A stretch of 62,848 bases of DNA, counting the filler, from Nemertoderma westbladi (lineage: Eukaryota; Animalia; Xenacoelomorpha): the NCBI GenBank assembly GCA_032718475.1. It is 3 parts of 3 records of this genome, joined end to end, with 100 filler letters (N's around TTAATTAATTAA, not from the genome) between each part and the next. Parts side by side here need not be neighbours in the genome. Positions count along the whole stretch, not along the records: positions 26,170 to 50,843 come from JAUCBJ010007010.1; 2 more parts are not named here. One strand, given 5' to 3'. The notes under the pieces were generated by a model, which saw nothing but the letters and a program-made list of their open reading frames with translations, was not told the DNA's origin and searched no databases. The position numbers were made by a program, and so were the translations under genes. Position 1 is the first letter of the stretch, and every line of letters begins with the position of its first letter. This document shows positions 39,300 to 49,429 of this stretch, piece by piece.

Positions 39300-39881
39300 C
39301 TAATTATATTTTACATCAAAAACCCCCGCACCAAACAATAATAAATTATTAACCAGTTTGTTGAATATAGGATAATATATATGAAATTTAAACGGGGAAC
39401 ACATTAATGTGCATTTACCAGTGTAGAAACAGCAAACAACAACAATATTATTTATTCTGACTTTACAGTTATTTAATATTTCAGGGTCGTATGAAATTTC
39501 TAGTTTAACATTATCAAATATAACATAAAACCCGATATTGTTTATAAGTAACCTATAAATTACAGTATCGATACTAAAAATATAAGTACACAAATTGATT
39601 GATTTAAAAATCAAATTAATGTTTGTTTTTTCTAATATATGCTTTTTCACTTTATTAAAATTATATTTTCTACCGAGAATTGTTATTCGTCCATTTGTAA
39701 ACATTAATATGGTTGCACCAAATACCTTATATATAAACTGATTAGGTTTGAGTACAATTTTACCATTCAATTGATTTTTTAATTCTTTTAAATTAAGTCC
39801 ATAAATGATCTGCTTACAACTTATATTTTTATTTACTATTTGATAATTCATCATCAACACCGTCGTCTTTTGGTTCTTCAT
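39300..39881 (-). CDS. Divergent TATA-box-binding-protein-like protein (viral); likely start at Met ~39854
   Basis: Two pseudo-repeats, IVN..S...LNL..L...ATILMFTNGRITILG and SYDPE......IVVVCCFYTGKCTLM, resembling the TBP motifs TALIFSSGKMVCTG and YEPE..IVLLIFVSGKVVLTG; size about one TBP core. Confidence 0.75.
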   Translation of the reverse strand: MKNQKTTVLMMNYQIVNKNISCKQIIYGLNLKELKNQLNGKIVLKPNQFIYKVFGATILMFTNGRITILGRKYNFNKVKKHILEKTNINLIFKSINLCTYIFSIDTVIYRLLINNIGFYVIFDNVKLEISYDPEILNNCKVRINNIVVVCCFYTGKCTLMCSPFKFHIYYPIFNKLVNNLLLFGAGVFDVKYN

Positions 39882-42800
39882 AAATTGGTATATTTGATAT
39901 TTTTATAGGTTTTTTGAGGTTTGTTTTATAGTGCCCCCAAGGAAGTGATTGATTTTTATTAACCCAATAAAGTTTATCATCAAAGCTACTGAGTGCAAAT
40001 TTATTTTGCTTTAAGGTATAAATATGATGTAATTTAGATTGAAATCTGTGTATGTTTTTTTTTATTTCTTCATTTGAGTTATATGCTTTTAAATATTCTT
40101 CATGTGTAATATTCGTTTCCACAACAGCTCTTGTAATACCTTTTGCTCTACGAATATTTTTATTATTCCATTCCAAAATTGAATATAATTTTGGTCTTAA
40201 AAATACTGCTTGTTTAATTTCGCGTGAGGCTAGTTCGTCTTTACAGTAATAGAGTCTGGATTTATTTTTATCGCTGTAGAGTGGGTGATCCTTAGGGTAA
40301 TTGGATGTATCTAAAATATTATTTTTAATTAAGGCTTTTAAAAAATTATTCTGCAATGTATTGTAGTAACAACCTATTAATGAGTCAGTGTCTGATGCAG
40401 CAATTTCAATACGGCAGTTTAATTCTTTCTCAATAGGTAGCAATTTATCGTAAAACAGCTGATACATATCTAATTTAGCCAAGTCCAACACAGTGCTACC
40501 AATAAATATAGGCTTATCGAGAGTTACAGAGTCTTTCACTAATAAATGTCCCGATAATGTATTATTGTATATTATAAATTGTTCATTTAATACGATTTAC
40601 CAATTGGTCGCATTTATCATTGCTATTTGCAATACGAAAGTTGCACCGATCTCTTATCTTTTCGATTGATTTGCCAAACAACAAATTATTCAGCAATTTC
40701 ACAACAGCTGTTTCAATATAACTTTTTGCTAGTCGCCTTTGATTAATATTAAAATCGATGTAATTTTTAAATACAAATTCTTGTTGAAAAGAATATAATT
40801 TATGTATTTTAGTAACAATTAATCCATATTTTATATAAAATTTTAACAGTTTCAAATGTAAATGATAAAACTCTTTATCAAATTGCGTCAGCAAGAGTTT
40901 TGGTATAGGCATCCTATATTTACGTGAGGTACCTCTTTGTATCGACAAGTTATTAAATTGTTCCCTCATATAAGGTGAAAGCATTGATTCATTTATACTT
41001 AAATGCTCAGGGGCTAACGGTAATTGTAATGTTTGATCGTGAATAGCTTTGGGATAATTTAAATCACATATTAAAAAATATCCAGTAGGTCCAACAATGT
41101 CTAAATCTACCAAGTACTCGATTAGTTTTTCTGGAATTGCATTCTCTAAGTGTTTAATACTTACTTCTTTGAATTGTGAGGTGGGTAGTTTTTTACTTAA
41201 ATTCCCAGAATATAAAGAGTTGAAATCAATATTAAAAATATGGCATTCTTCCTTAGTAGAATCATATGTACTTGTACCTGGTATATTTGATTCTATATAA
41301 TGCTTTCGACAAAATGAAACACCACCCCTAATTGATTTTTCAAAATCTCTATATGTCTGATAATCCTTTATTAATTCTATTTTACATTTGTTATATTTTA
41401 GCGCGCAATCATAGGTAAATGACGCGATACTACAGTAAAAAACCGCTTCTAAATCGTAATTTTGTTTACAAACATTCCTAAAATTCTCAAATATATCAGC
41501 AAGCAAACAAACATCGAGTTTTAAATAGGCTAAAAGATAATCTTTGAGATTCGCACAGTCGAATTCTACCCATGATAATCCCGCAAACCTATAATCTTCA
41601 ATAGTGCATGTTTTTTGTGTTAAGTTACTAAAAAAATTATTTATAGATGGCAAACCGGTATCATTAAATTTATTTATATCTGTCAAGTACTCGTATGGAA
41701 ATACACCTTTCCGTTTAATTGTTGAGTTATTCAAGTTTGGATAAAAATATTTCATTTCTTGTAGAGTAATAGGTAAAATTGAGCTTATATCATGACTCGC
41801 TACATCCTTTGTTGAACACTCCACTAAATTACTTAAAGAAAAGCTTAAAAACTGATATGTGTCTAAGAAACGTAACTCAATTTTCTTAGAAGTGTTTTTA
41901 ATTGGGATAAATGCACTCAGTGAAATATATTGTTCTGTATTTCTCGGTATAACCTTTATATCCCAATCTGTGTATTTCTTATCTCTAAATCCGTTTTGTA
42001 ATATACAATGTATATCGTACTGGTTGGAATTGTGCCCACAAAGTACATACAGGTATCGTTTTAATGATAAACTTCGGTTACAACTATTACAGGCTGCTGT
42101 ATTATATTTACCAGTAATATGTGAATGATGTCTGTTTTTCCCTACTTTATTATTTAAAGTAACATTACAATAAAAACAGAATTTTGATTGTTCAAAATTT
42201 ACAAAATCAATATTAGTAAATGACATAGTTTTATGAGTGTATATTTCTGACCAACAACATAATTCAGTTAAATCAATATATAATGAATCTAAGAAATCTT
42301 GAATACAATTATTATTATTATTTGACTTTACGAATGTTTTCAAATGACATGACTCACAGCACACGGTATATGCTCCTGTATAAATTGATTAGGCCTATTA
42401 ACTGAAGGTTGTAAGATACATTCTATATCAAAGTAGGTGACAAACAATGGGGTTAAGGTTCTATCTAAATTTGTAAAACTAATGTGTGTTCTTTTTTTAT
42501 TAGGTAGTTTCTCTCGTTGACTTCTGCCTTGGTAGCAAGCGAGACGGTGTTGATGAAGAACTTCGGAACGAAAAAAATGAGCCAAGCACCTTTCACAATA
42601 TTTCCTATTTTGGATATGAAGAGCTCTCGTATTCAGCAATCGATTCAAGTTAGTTATGCAAACATAATGGTTCAGTTTAGGTACATTGTTATTTTTTACT
42701 ACAAGTAATATATTTAATAACTGTTTATCAGGTGTAATTTTACTAAACGGTGGTTGTCTTAATATAGATACAGGTGTGCGTTTGTTGTCTTTATTCCAAC

Positions 42801-43854
42801 ATAGTAAATTAATTATATATTTTGAATTTTGTTTTTCAAAAAGTTTAATCGCTAGCTGCCACTCTGTTGGATAATCATTTATCCCGTTGTCAAAAATGAA
42901 ATGACTCATATAATTTTTGTACGACGAAGTAAGCTGTTTGTTGTTTTTCACTTTGCTACCAAATTTTGCGGCTATAATTGCCCATTTAAAACAGTCATTA
43001 TCTACCGTTTGAATATTTATTGTACATTTTTTAGCTGATAAAGCCTTAGGTAATTCCATATATCCTTGTCCCTTATATAGTAACGACCTACACTTAGATT
43101 CAGCTAATTTAATTTCAACCCTTAATAAAGATTTAATACGCCACCCCGAACCACGTGTGTTAAAGATGGTTATTTTTTGTAATATATTTTCAAGCACATA
43201 CTCAAACCATGTGTCAAAACTTTGCGATGAATCTACAGTATTAATAGCACCACCGGACGAATTGAAATAAAAGGTTTCCAATTGTTCACCTTCAGAAAAA
43301 TTTGATCTGTACATTAATACATTTAGACCTAACCACAGTCTAAGAACATTCATTTCTTTCAATCTATCTAATATTAACTGAAGAATATTACCTCGAATTT
43401 GAGTTAATATTGTTTCTACATCGGGATAATCTCTAGAAGTTGGGAGGTCGTGGACATAAATTTCAAGACGATTATCGTGAGCTTCTTTTTCCCGCGTAAA
43501 AATTGTTGCGCATGTACCAAGAGCCATCCTTAGGTTTTTTCTAGATAATATATTTTTATGTTGCGGAAATTTACGCTTTCTTGTGTAGTAACATTTCAAG
43601 TGACAATCGTGTCGTAGATAATCGTCATATGTATACTCTTTATTACAGGTAGAACAAGTCAATTGATAGGTGCGGAACTCCATTTCTTTACAACCAGTAG
43701 TTGATTCATGTCGTTTACAAATTTCGCTGCTTGAAGTCACGACGTGACACTTAAAACAAGAATAACCTTCAAAATGCGAGCGTAGGTGGCGTAAATAATT
43801 ATGTCTAGTTACATTCATATGACAGAATGAACAACATATTGTTATTTTATCCAT
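39829..43854 (-). CDS. Protein-primed family B DNA polymerase (pPolB), in three frames with breaks near 42350 and 40590
   Basis: Exonuclease motifs YFDIEC, HNSNQYD, RFLDTYQF, KGVFPYEY, YLKLDV.LLADIFENFR; polymerase motifs SIRGG, DFNSLY, KLLNN.LFGK, SDTDS, LRPKLYS, RAKGI, ALSSFDDK. Confidence 0.95.
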
Positions 43855-44050
43855 GTTGAAGTTTGTTTAGATAAATAATAATAATAATAATAATTATAAT
43901 AAAATATCTCCAAAGATTAAAATGAAATGAAATGAAATGTTATTGACTATATCTAAACGTTTATATGCTAGCGAGTGAAATAATTTTAAATCAATCACCA
44001 ATCACCAATCGCTTATGGCTATTGGAAACCACAAAGAGTTTAACTTATGA

Positions 44051-44470
44051 TCAGGGGCTCCCCATGTTAGAATAATAATCAGGTTTCCATGGAGAATTAG
44101 TAACTGGATCTACTGGAACTAGCTGACCAACAACTTTCTGTTTCTTTGCAGGTGATGTGCTGGTTAATTTACTCGATGATCTTGGCTTCCGAGGTAATAT
44201 TTCAGGAAAGACCTGTTGCGATTGAGAGCAACTCTCTTCAACATCCAGATTAGGTGATGGGATCTCTACGAATGCTTTAGGTTTATCCAAAAGGACAAAA
44301 CCATCTACATGAGCTTCACCAAGAGAAACGCCGTCCATCGCTTCTTTGAGAAAACTAATACGGGGTTTATCCTTCAAGTAATGCAACTCAATAGAATTTC
44401 CGCCGGCTACTACTTTGGTAGAATAATCGGTGTTGGTGATAATAATTTTTTTATTATTGGTTTTAATCAT
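44051..44470 (-). CDS. Hypothetical Polinton protein (139 aa) with S/P/K-rich tail and NLS-like PAKKQK
   Basis: ATG ORF packed between the PC4-like gene and PolB. Confidence 0.55.
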   Translation of the reverse strand: MIKTNNKKIIITNTDYSTKVVAGGNSIELHYLKDKPRISFLKEAMDGVSLGEAHVDGFVLLDKPKAFVEIPSPNLDVEESCSQSQQVFPEILPRKPRSSSKLTSTSPAKKQKVVGQLVPVDPVTNSPWKPDYYSNMGSP

Positions 44471-44482
44471 TTTGAGACGGTC

Positions 44483-45124
44483 TTATAATTGAATGATATT
44501 TTTATCAAAAAGTTGCTTGTCTCTTTCATCAATTTGGTTGTCCCACTCTCGCAACAAAACAGATAGTTCCTGTTTTGACAAATTGAAACCCGTATAATAG
44601 TTAAAACCAACACTATCAACGTATCTGAGGCTGATTTTCCATAAGCCAACATAGTTGGTTCCTTTAAAAGCTGTTACAAATCCAATAAACTCTGGATTTG
44701 ATAATTCAATGTAGAATTGATCGCTAATAATCTCTAGCGGTGGAGAGAGAAATTGCAATAATTTCCCTCTGTATTGAATTAGAACTTCAGTAAAAGCTTT
44801 GTTTAAAAGTTTGCATTTGCCCTGTTTCTGAACGTAAACATCACCCGACGTAGGGTTGATGGAAATATTCAAATTTCCCCGCGCAAAACGAAGAGCGGGA
44901 TATATCCTACCTGGTATAATTGCTGGTCTGGATTGATGTTGGTTGTTGTTGGTTGTTTCTAGAATGTCTAACAAATAGCGGGTATCTTGATGGGAAAAAC
45001 AAATTGATTCGTTGTCCTCCTGAGATTCCACAATAAAATACTTGCTGTGAACGACGGTACAAGTATATTTATTGTAAGTAAATTTCCAGCTATTTGTTGC
45101 TCCGGTTTTTTGCGTTAAGGCCAT
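44483..45124 (-). CDS. PC4/Sub1-like ssDNA-binding or coactivator-domain protein
   Basis: C-terminal FVTAFKGTNYVGLWK......TGFNLSKQELSVL resembles PC4 V..FKG...IDIR......KGISL..EQW..L; two weaker upstream beta-beta-helix units. Confidence 0.65.
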   Translation of the reverse strand: MALTQKTGATNSWKFTYNKYTCTVVHSKYFIVESQEDNESICFSHQDTRYLLDILETTNNNQHQSRPAIIPGRIYPALRFARGNLNISINPTSGDVYVQKQGKCKLLNKAFTEVLIQYRGKLLQFLSPPLEIISDQFYIELSNPEFIGFVTAFKGTNYVGLWKISLRYVDSVGFNYYTGFNLSKQELSVLLREWDNQIDERDKQLFDKNIIQL

Positions 45125-45225
45125 AATAATAATAATAATAAATACGAAAAATATTACAAGTGATAAATTTTAAACCGTATCGCTGTAATAAATTGACACC
45201 ATAGTTCTCACTCTAAAATTGTGAT

Positions 45226-45450
45226 GGTTGGAAAACAACACCTGATAAAATGATACTGAATCCGACATTGGGGTCGAAAAACCAATAACAAAAAAATAGA
45301 AAGCTGTCACAAATCCAATAAACTCTGGATTTGATAATTCAATGTAGAATTGATCGCTAATAATCTCTAGCGGCTATTTATTTTTTACTGGTTTTACAAC
45401 CCTAATGTTGGAAACAGTATCATTTATTCGAGTGTATGATTTTCCAACCA
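45226..45450. repeat. Imperfect ~75-bp inverted repeat enclosing a 74-bp copy of 44667-44740
   Basis: Arms 45226-45299 and 45374-45450; loop 45300-45373 differs from the CDS segment at one base. Confidence 0.85.
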
Positions 45451-46102
45451 ACGATTATACAACAAGTAAGATAATGAAGAAATTATTAAGGAAATAACAC
45501 AATTTTCAGAGTGAAAACAAAAAAAATTAGATATGGTATCAATATATTACCATAGAGATTGATTACAAGTGATGAATTTTATTTAAAACATTCGGTTATA
45601 TATAAATTTGCAATGTGGCATGTAGTCAACGTAGAAGAGATGAAACGTGTCATAATCATCGACGAATAAGAAAAGAGATAGGGTGTAATGCGGATGAATG
45701 GTTGGTTGGCTGGTTGGTAGGTAGTATGAATAGGAAATATGTGAAAGAATATGAATCGTAGGGTTGTGCGTAATAATCAATAATTATTATAATAAAAACG
45801 CTCAGTATAATAATGTTAGTAGTAACCAGCCTTTCAATATGGGGCAGATGCTGCGGGATCGGTTAGTATGAGTAACTATGAAAATGTTCGTATACGTGTA
45901 GCTGGAACGTGGCGGAATTTCATGTATCATACTGCTGGATGGGTAGGATGGTTGGTTGGTGAGTGGGTGGGTAACAGCAGTCGTTGAGTTGGCAATCGAT
46001 ATAATATCGGGGGGTATATGCATGGTGGTAGTGGTCACATTCATCGTTGTCATGGTAGCGAGGCGAAAGGGAAAGTAACCGGGGGTGGGGCTAGCCATGC
46101 GT

Positions 46103-46288
46103 CGCGAGGTTAGGCTACGCGAAGATGAATATGCAATGGTTGGTTGATGCGATGCAGCAACGACACGAATCAATACCGACGGGTGGTAACAGCAGTTGAG
46201 TAAGGCGGGCAACGCGAGGTTAGGCTACGCGTAAGTGATAAGCAACGATTGGTTGAAGGCAAGCGAGGCAACGATGCGAATCAATACT
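46103..46288. repeat. Two ~73-bp diverged direct repeats at the probable Polinton end (TIR/origin region)
   Basis: CGCGAGGTTAGGCTACGCG...GGTTGA...GCAACGA..CGAATCAATAC at 46103-46175 and 46214-46287. Confidence 0.6.
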
Positions 46289-46399
46289 GTTGGTGACAGA
46301 TGGTGCAATTTAGCATCGGAATTTGTCATTTTTCATAGCCCTCCGAAATGTGGGCCATAGCCCAGGCTAGGGAGGACTATGATGGGGAATTTGTTTCTT

Positions 46400-46910
46400 A
46401 TACTACTATCGCAGTACCGTGGATGTGTGGTGTATATGATGCCAGTTCGCATTCCAATGTGTTTTTAATTACATCACATAGAGTTGAAAGTATCACATCT
46501 GATATTAATCCACAAGTAAGCAAAATTTTGAACAAGTATGGCGACGTTTTCAAACCCAAATTAGCTACTGAATTTGTGAATCACTCTGTCGAACACCACA
46601 TAGTAACGGAAGGACAACCTTGTTTCGCAAAACCACGCCGTTTATACGGAGACCGTTTATCAGCGGCTTCTAACGAATTTGACAATTTATTACGACAGGG
46701 TATTGTTAAACGTAGTGAGTCCCCATGGGCTACACCATTACATTGTGTAAAGAAACCAGATGGCAGTATCCGACCTTGTGGTGACTATAGAAAATTGAAC
46801 AGTATGACTGTACGCGATAACTATCCAATGCCAAACATTGCGGATATAACTGATAAATTTAGAGGGTGCAAGATTTTCAGTAAAATAGATCTCGAAAAGG
46901 CCTATTATTC
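46400..46910 (+). mobile_element. Ty3/Gypsy reverse transcriptase N-terminal fragment
   Basis: VEHHIVT, GIVKRSESPWATPLHCVKKPDGSIRPCGDYRKLN, YPMP, FSKIDLEKAYY; ends abruptly. Confidence 0.9.
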
Positions 46911-47808
46911 ACTCCCGCTTCCCCCGTGTCTCCCCGAACCCCGTAGTCTGGGCGACTGATCGCTCGGAATATATCCGGGTTGGTATGACAGCTCCTGATT
47001 CCGGTTCATTTAAGACTCCTCTTCGCTCCCTCGCTTTGGCACAGGAACCGTTCCAGAAACCCAATAACTGGCGATATTCAAACAGAGCCGTTAAAATATA
47101 ATAGGATTTATTTGTATATTATTAGGTAATAAAGAATTTTGATTAACAATTAATTTGTTTAATTATATCAGCTGATTTTGAAAAGTCCAAATTTTGCTCT
47201 CGGACCTCCACCGACGTTCTCAAAATGTTTCTATAAAATATATTACGTAATATTAGGCAGACAACAACTGATACGGATGTTGAAATATTTAAGGCAACAC
47301 TTATGACTTAAGGTGCACCTTTTAGCTAAGGTTGATTTATATACAACCGGCCCCTCCTGGTCTAACAGCAAGTTAAGTAAATAAAGTTAAGTCATTGCAA
47401 CTATAATTTATTAATATATTGTAAATATTAACCAAACATAAACCAATAACCCACAACCATCACACATATAAACTGGTAACATATAGCAGAATAGCCAAGA
47501 TTCAGTCTCTTCTAAAACTTATTGGGAATTCTAACTGCAAAATAAATAATAAAAACGTTAAAGTCAATAATTTTATAGTAAAAAACGGGTATTCAGGAAC
47601 TCATTATTATTAATTATTATTATTAACTTTTCAGCCAAATATATTATTATATTTTATTTTATATTTATATTATATTATAATATAATATTGCTTATTATTA
47701 TTTTTTATAATTAATTTTTTATATTATTTATAATTAAATGTAAAAGTTAGTTTCCAACGCAACTCTATTGTAATTACTTAGTAATTTTATATAAAACTTA
47801 CAGTTTTA

Positions 47809-48480
47809 CTAAATCCAAATCTTCATTTCAACTCGAGAAGCCGGTTTATATACAGTAAAATGAACCCAATAAGGTCCTTTCAGATGCCCCGCACCATATT
47901 CTCCGTTCAAGTTACTGTTTGCGCAGTCATCGTGCCACCACGCCCCAGTACGATGTACGGCGCAGTTGCCGTAGTCCCTCCTGTCATTATCGCGGTCCTT
48001 GGTAGAGAATGGCTGCCCGTTGTTCCACTCCAATGAGTCACCAGCAGTACCATGGTAACCGGATACATTTAGGGTGTAATTAGTTGCAGCTGATCCGATA
48101 GAGAAGTTGTTGTATTCCGCGTATTTGTGTTCGTTGTTGTAATTCTTTTTATCATAATTGTTCCAATCATTGGGATAAGCCCACCCCTTTCCAGTGAACC
48201 ACAAATCGACCCTCATCTTCACCCCGCCTTCACTCAGCCGGTGGATCGCCTCCAACCCCAACCAAAAGTTGGTATTCGGGTCGCCAAATCCTTCAACATA
48301 TTCATCCCAGTTTCGATAGAAGTCAACAGATCCATCAACTCTTTGTTGAATCTTCAGCCCATCTTTATGCTTTAATAGCCGAGGAGCCATTAGCTGATAC
48401 AGTGTAATGGATGAATTCGCTATCTCTGTATCCTGTAACATGGAAACTAACTCTGTAAACTGGTCTTCCAACTCTTTATT
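47809..48480 (-). CDS. Terminal exon of a fibrinogen-related domain (FReD; ficolin/tenascin-like) gene; a probable short coiled-coil exon lies upstream at ~49113-49175
   Basis: QQRVDGSVDFYRNWDEYVEGFG, FWLGLEAIH, AEY..FSI, GTAGDSL, FSTKDRDND, CA...GAWW...C..SNLNG, EMKI; splice acceptor CCTAACAG at 48481 and a matching one at ~49175. Confidence 0.88.
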   Translation of the reverse strand, partial: NKELEDQFTELVSMLQDTEIANSSITLYQLMAPRLLKHKDGLKIQQRVDGSVDFYRNWDEYVEGFGDPNTNFWLGLEAIHRLSEGGVKMRVDLWFTGKGWAYPNDWNNYDKKNYNNEHKYAEYNNFSIGSAATNYTLNVSGYHGTAGDSLEWNNGQPFSTKDRDNDRRDYGNCAVHRTGAWWHDDCANSNLNGEYGAGHLKGPYWVHFTVYKPASRVEMKIWI

Positions 48481-49236
48481 CTGTTAGGAAATATTATTAA
48501 TTGAAATTGTTTATTAAATTCTGTAAATCCTCTGCACACATCTGATCAGTGGTTGGGTTGGAGTTCTCTAGGGAAATCATTAAACGCCGGCATTTCGACC
48601 CAACATTTAGAGCAATTAAATACTAACTATATTACGTCGTTGCTCATAAAATAGCACATTATAGCGTTACGGCACGAGTGATTTTGTTTAGTGAAATAAT
48701 AGAACGAGGGCCGTAAAAGATTTAATGTGGTAATTATGAACAACGGCGAATCTAATTTTATTTATTTGTGGGGAATTATTTGTAGTTTTGCACTTAAACT
48801 TTCTAGAACAACCTAATAATGACGCGGTGACATACTGGATATACTGAAATACATAGTAAATATATGGCGTTGGGACATACTGAGAAATAATGTCGCACTG
48901 CGATATAAAGTTAGGAAATATGTCGCCCTGGCGATTTGGTAGTGCGAAATTAATTCCACACAAATAAATAAAAACATAATAATAAAACAGAAGGACTTCA
49001 ACACGGCAAATAATTATGTTACAAATAATTACTGGTTAAGAAACTAACATCGTTCTTTAGCTCATTATTTACATCGACTTGGTTAGTTAGCTTTGTATTT
49101 ATATCTTTTACTTGGTCATTCAACCGTGTAATATTTCCTCTTCAACTCTGTATTCTGTTCTTCCAGCTCTGTAACCTGTTAGGAAATATTTTTATAACTT
49201 TTAAGAAATTGTCGCGCTCTCGTCACCGTAGTAATC

Positions 49237-49429
49237 ATAATTGAGTTGAGATAATGTCTGGGAGACCTCAGGTGACCAAAAAAGAAAGGGTAACAACAGT
49301 TACGAGCTTTCACCCAACAGGGCTTCTCAAGCCATTCATCAAGCCCTGTCGGGTGAAAGCTCGTAACTGTTGTTACCCTTTCTTTTTTGGTCACCAGAGG
49401 TCTCCCAGACATTATCTCAACTCAATTAT
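49237..49429. repeat. Near-perfect palindrome (~90-bp arms, 15-nt spacer) within an insertion flanked by TTTTATAACTTTTA direct repeats
   Basis: Direct reading; flanking repeats at ~49190-49203 and ~49429-49442. Confidence 0.85.

Larger units (their letters stand above)
27064..46290. mobile_element. Endogenous Polinton/Maverick (adintovirus-like) element; boundaries approximate, left part missing
   Basis: Compact intronless cluster of penton x2, core protein, MCP and adenain on +, with pPolB on -. Confidence 0.92.

Noticed and set aside
44667-45373. DGR-like template/variable repeat pair
   Set aside because: Only one mismatch, the repeat is mid-gene rather than C-terminal, and there is no DGR-type RT; nearby RTs are LINE or Gypsy.
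45802-46212. 136-aa minus-strand ORF at the Polinton end
   Set aside because: Non-ATG start and T/S/P/H bias explained by strand skew and repeats.
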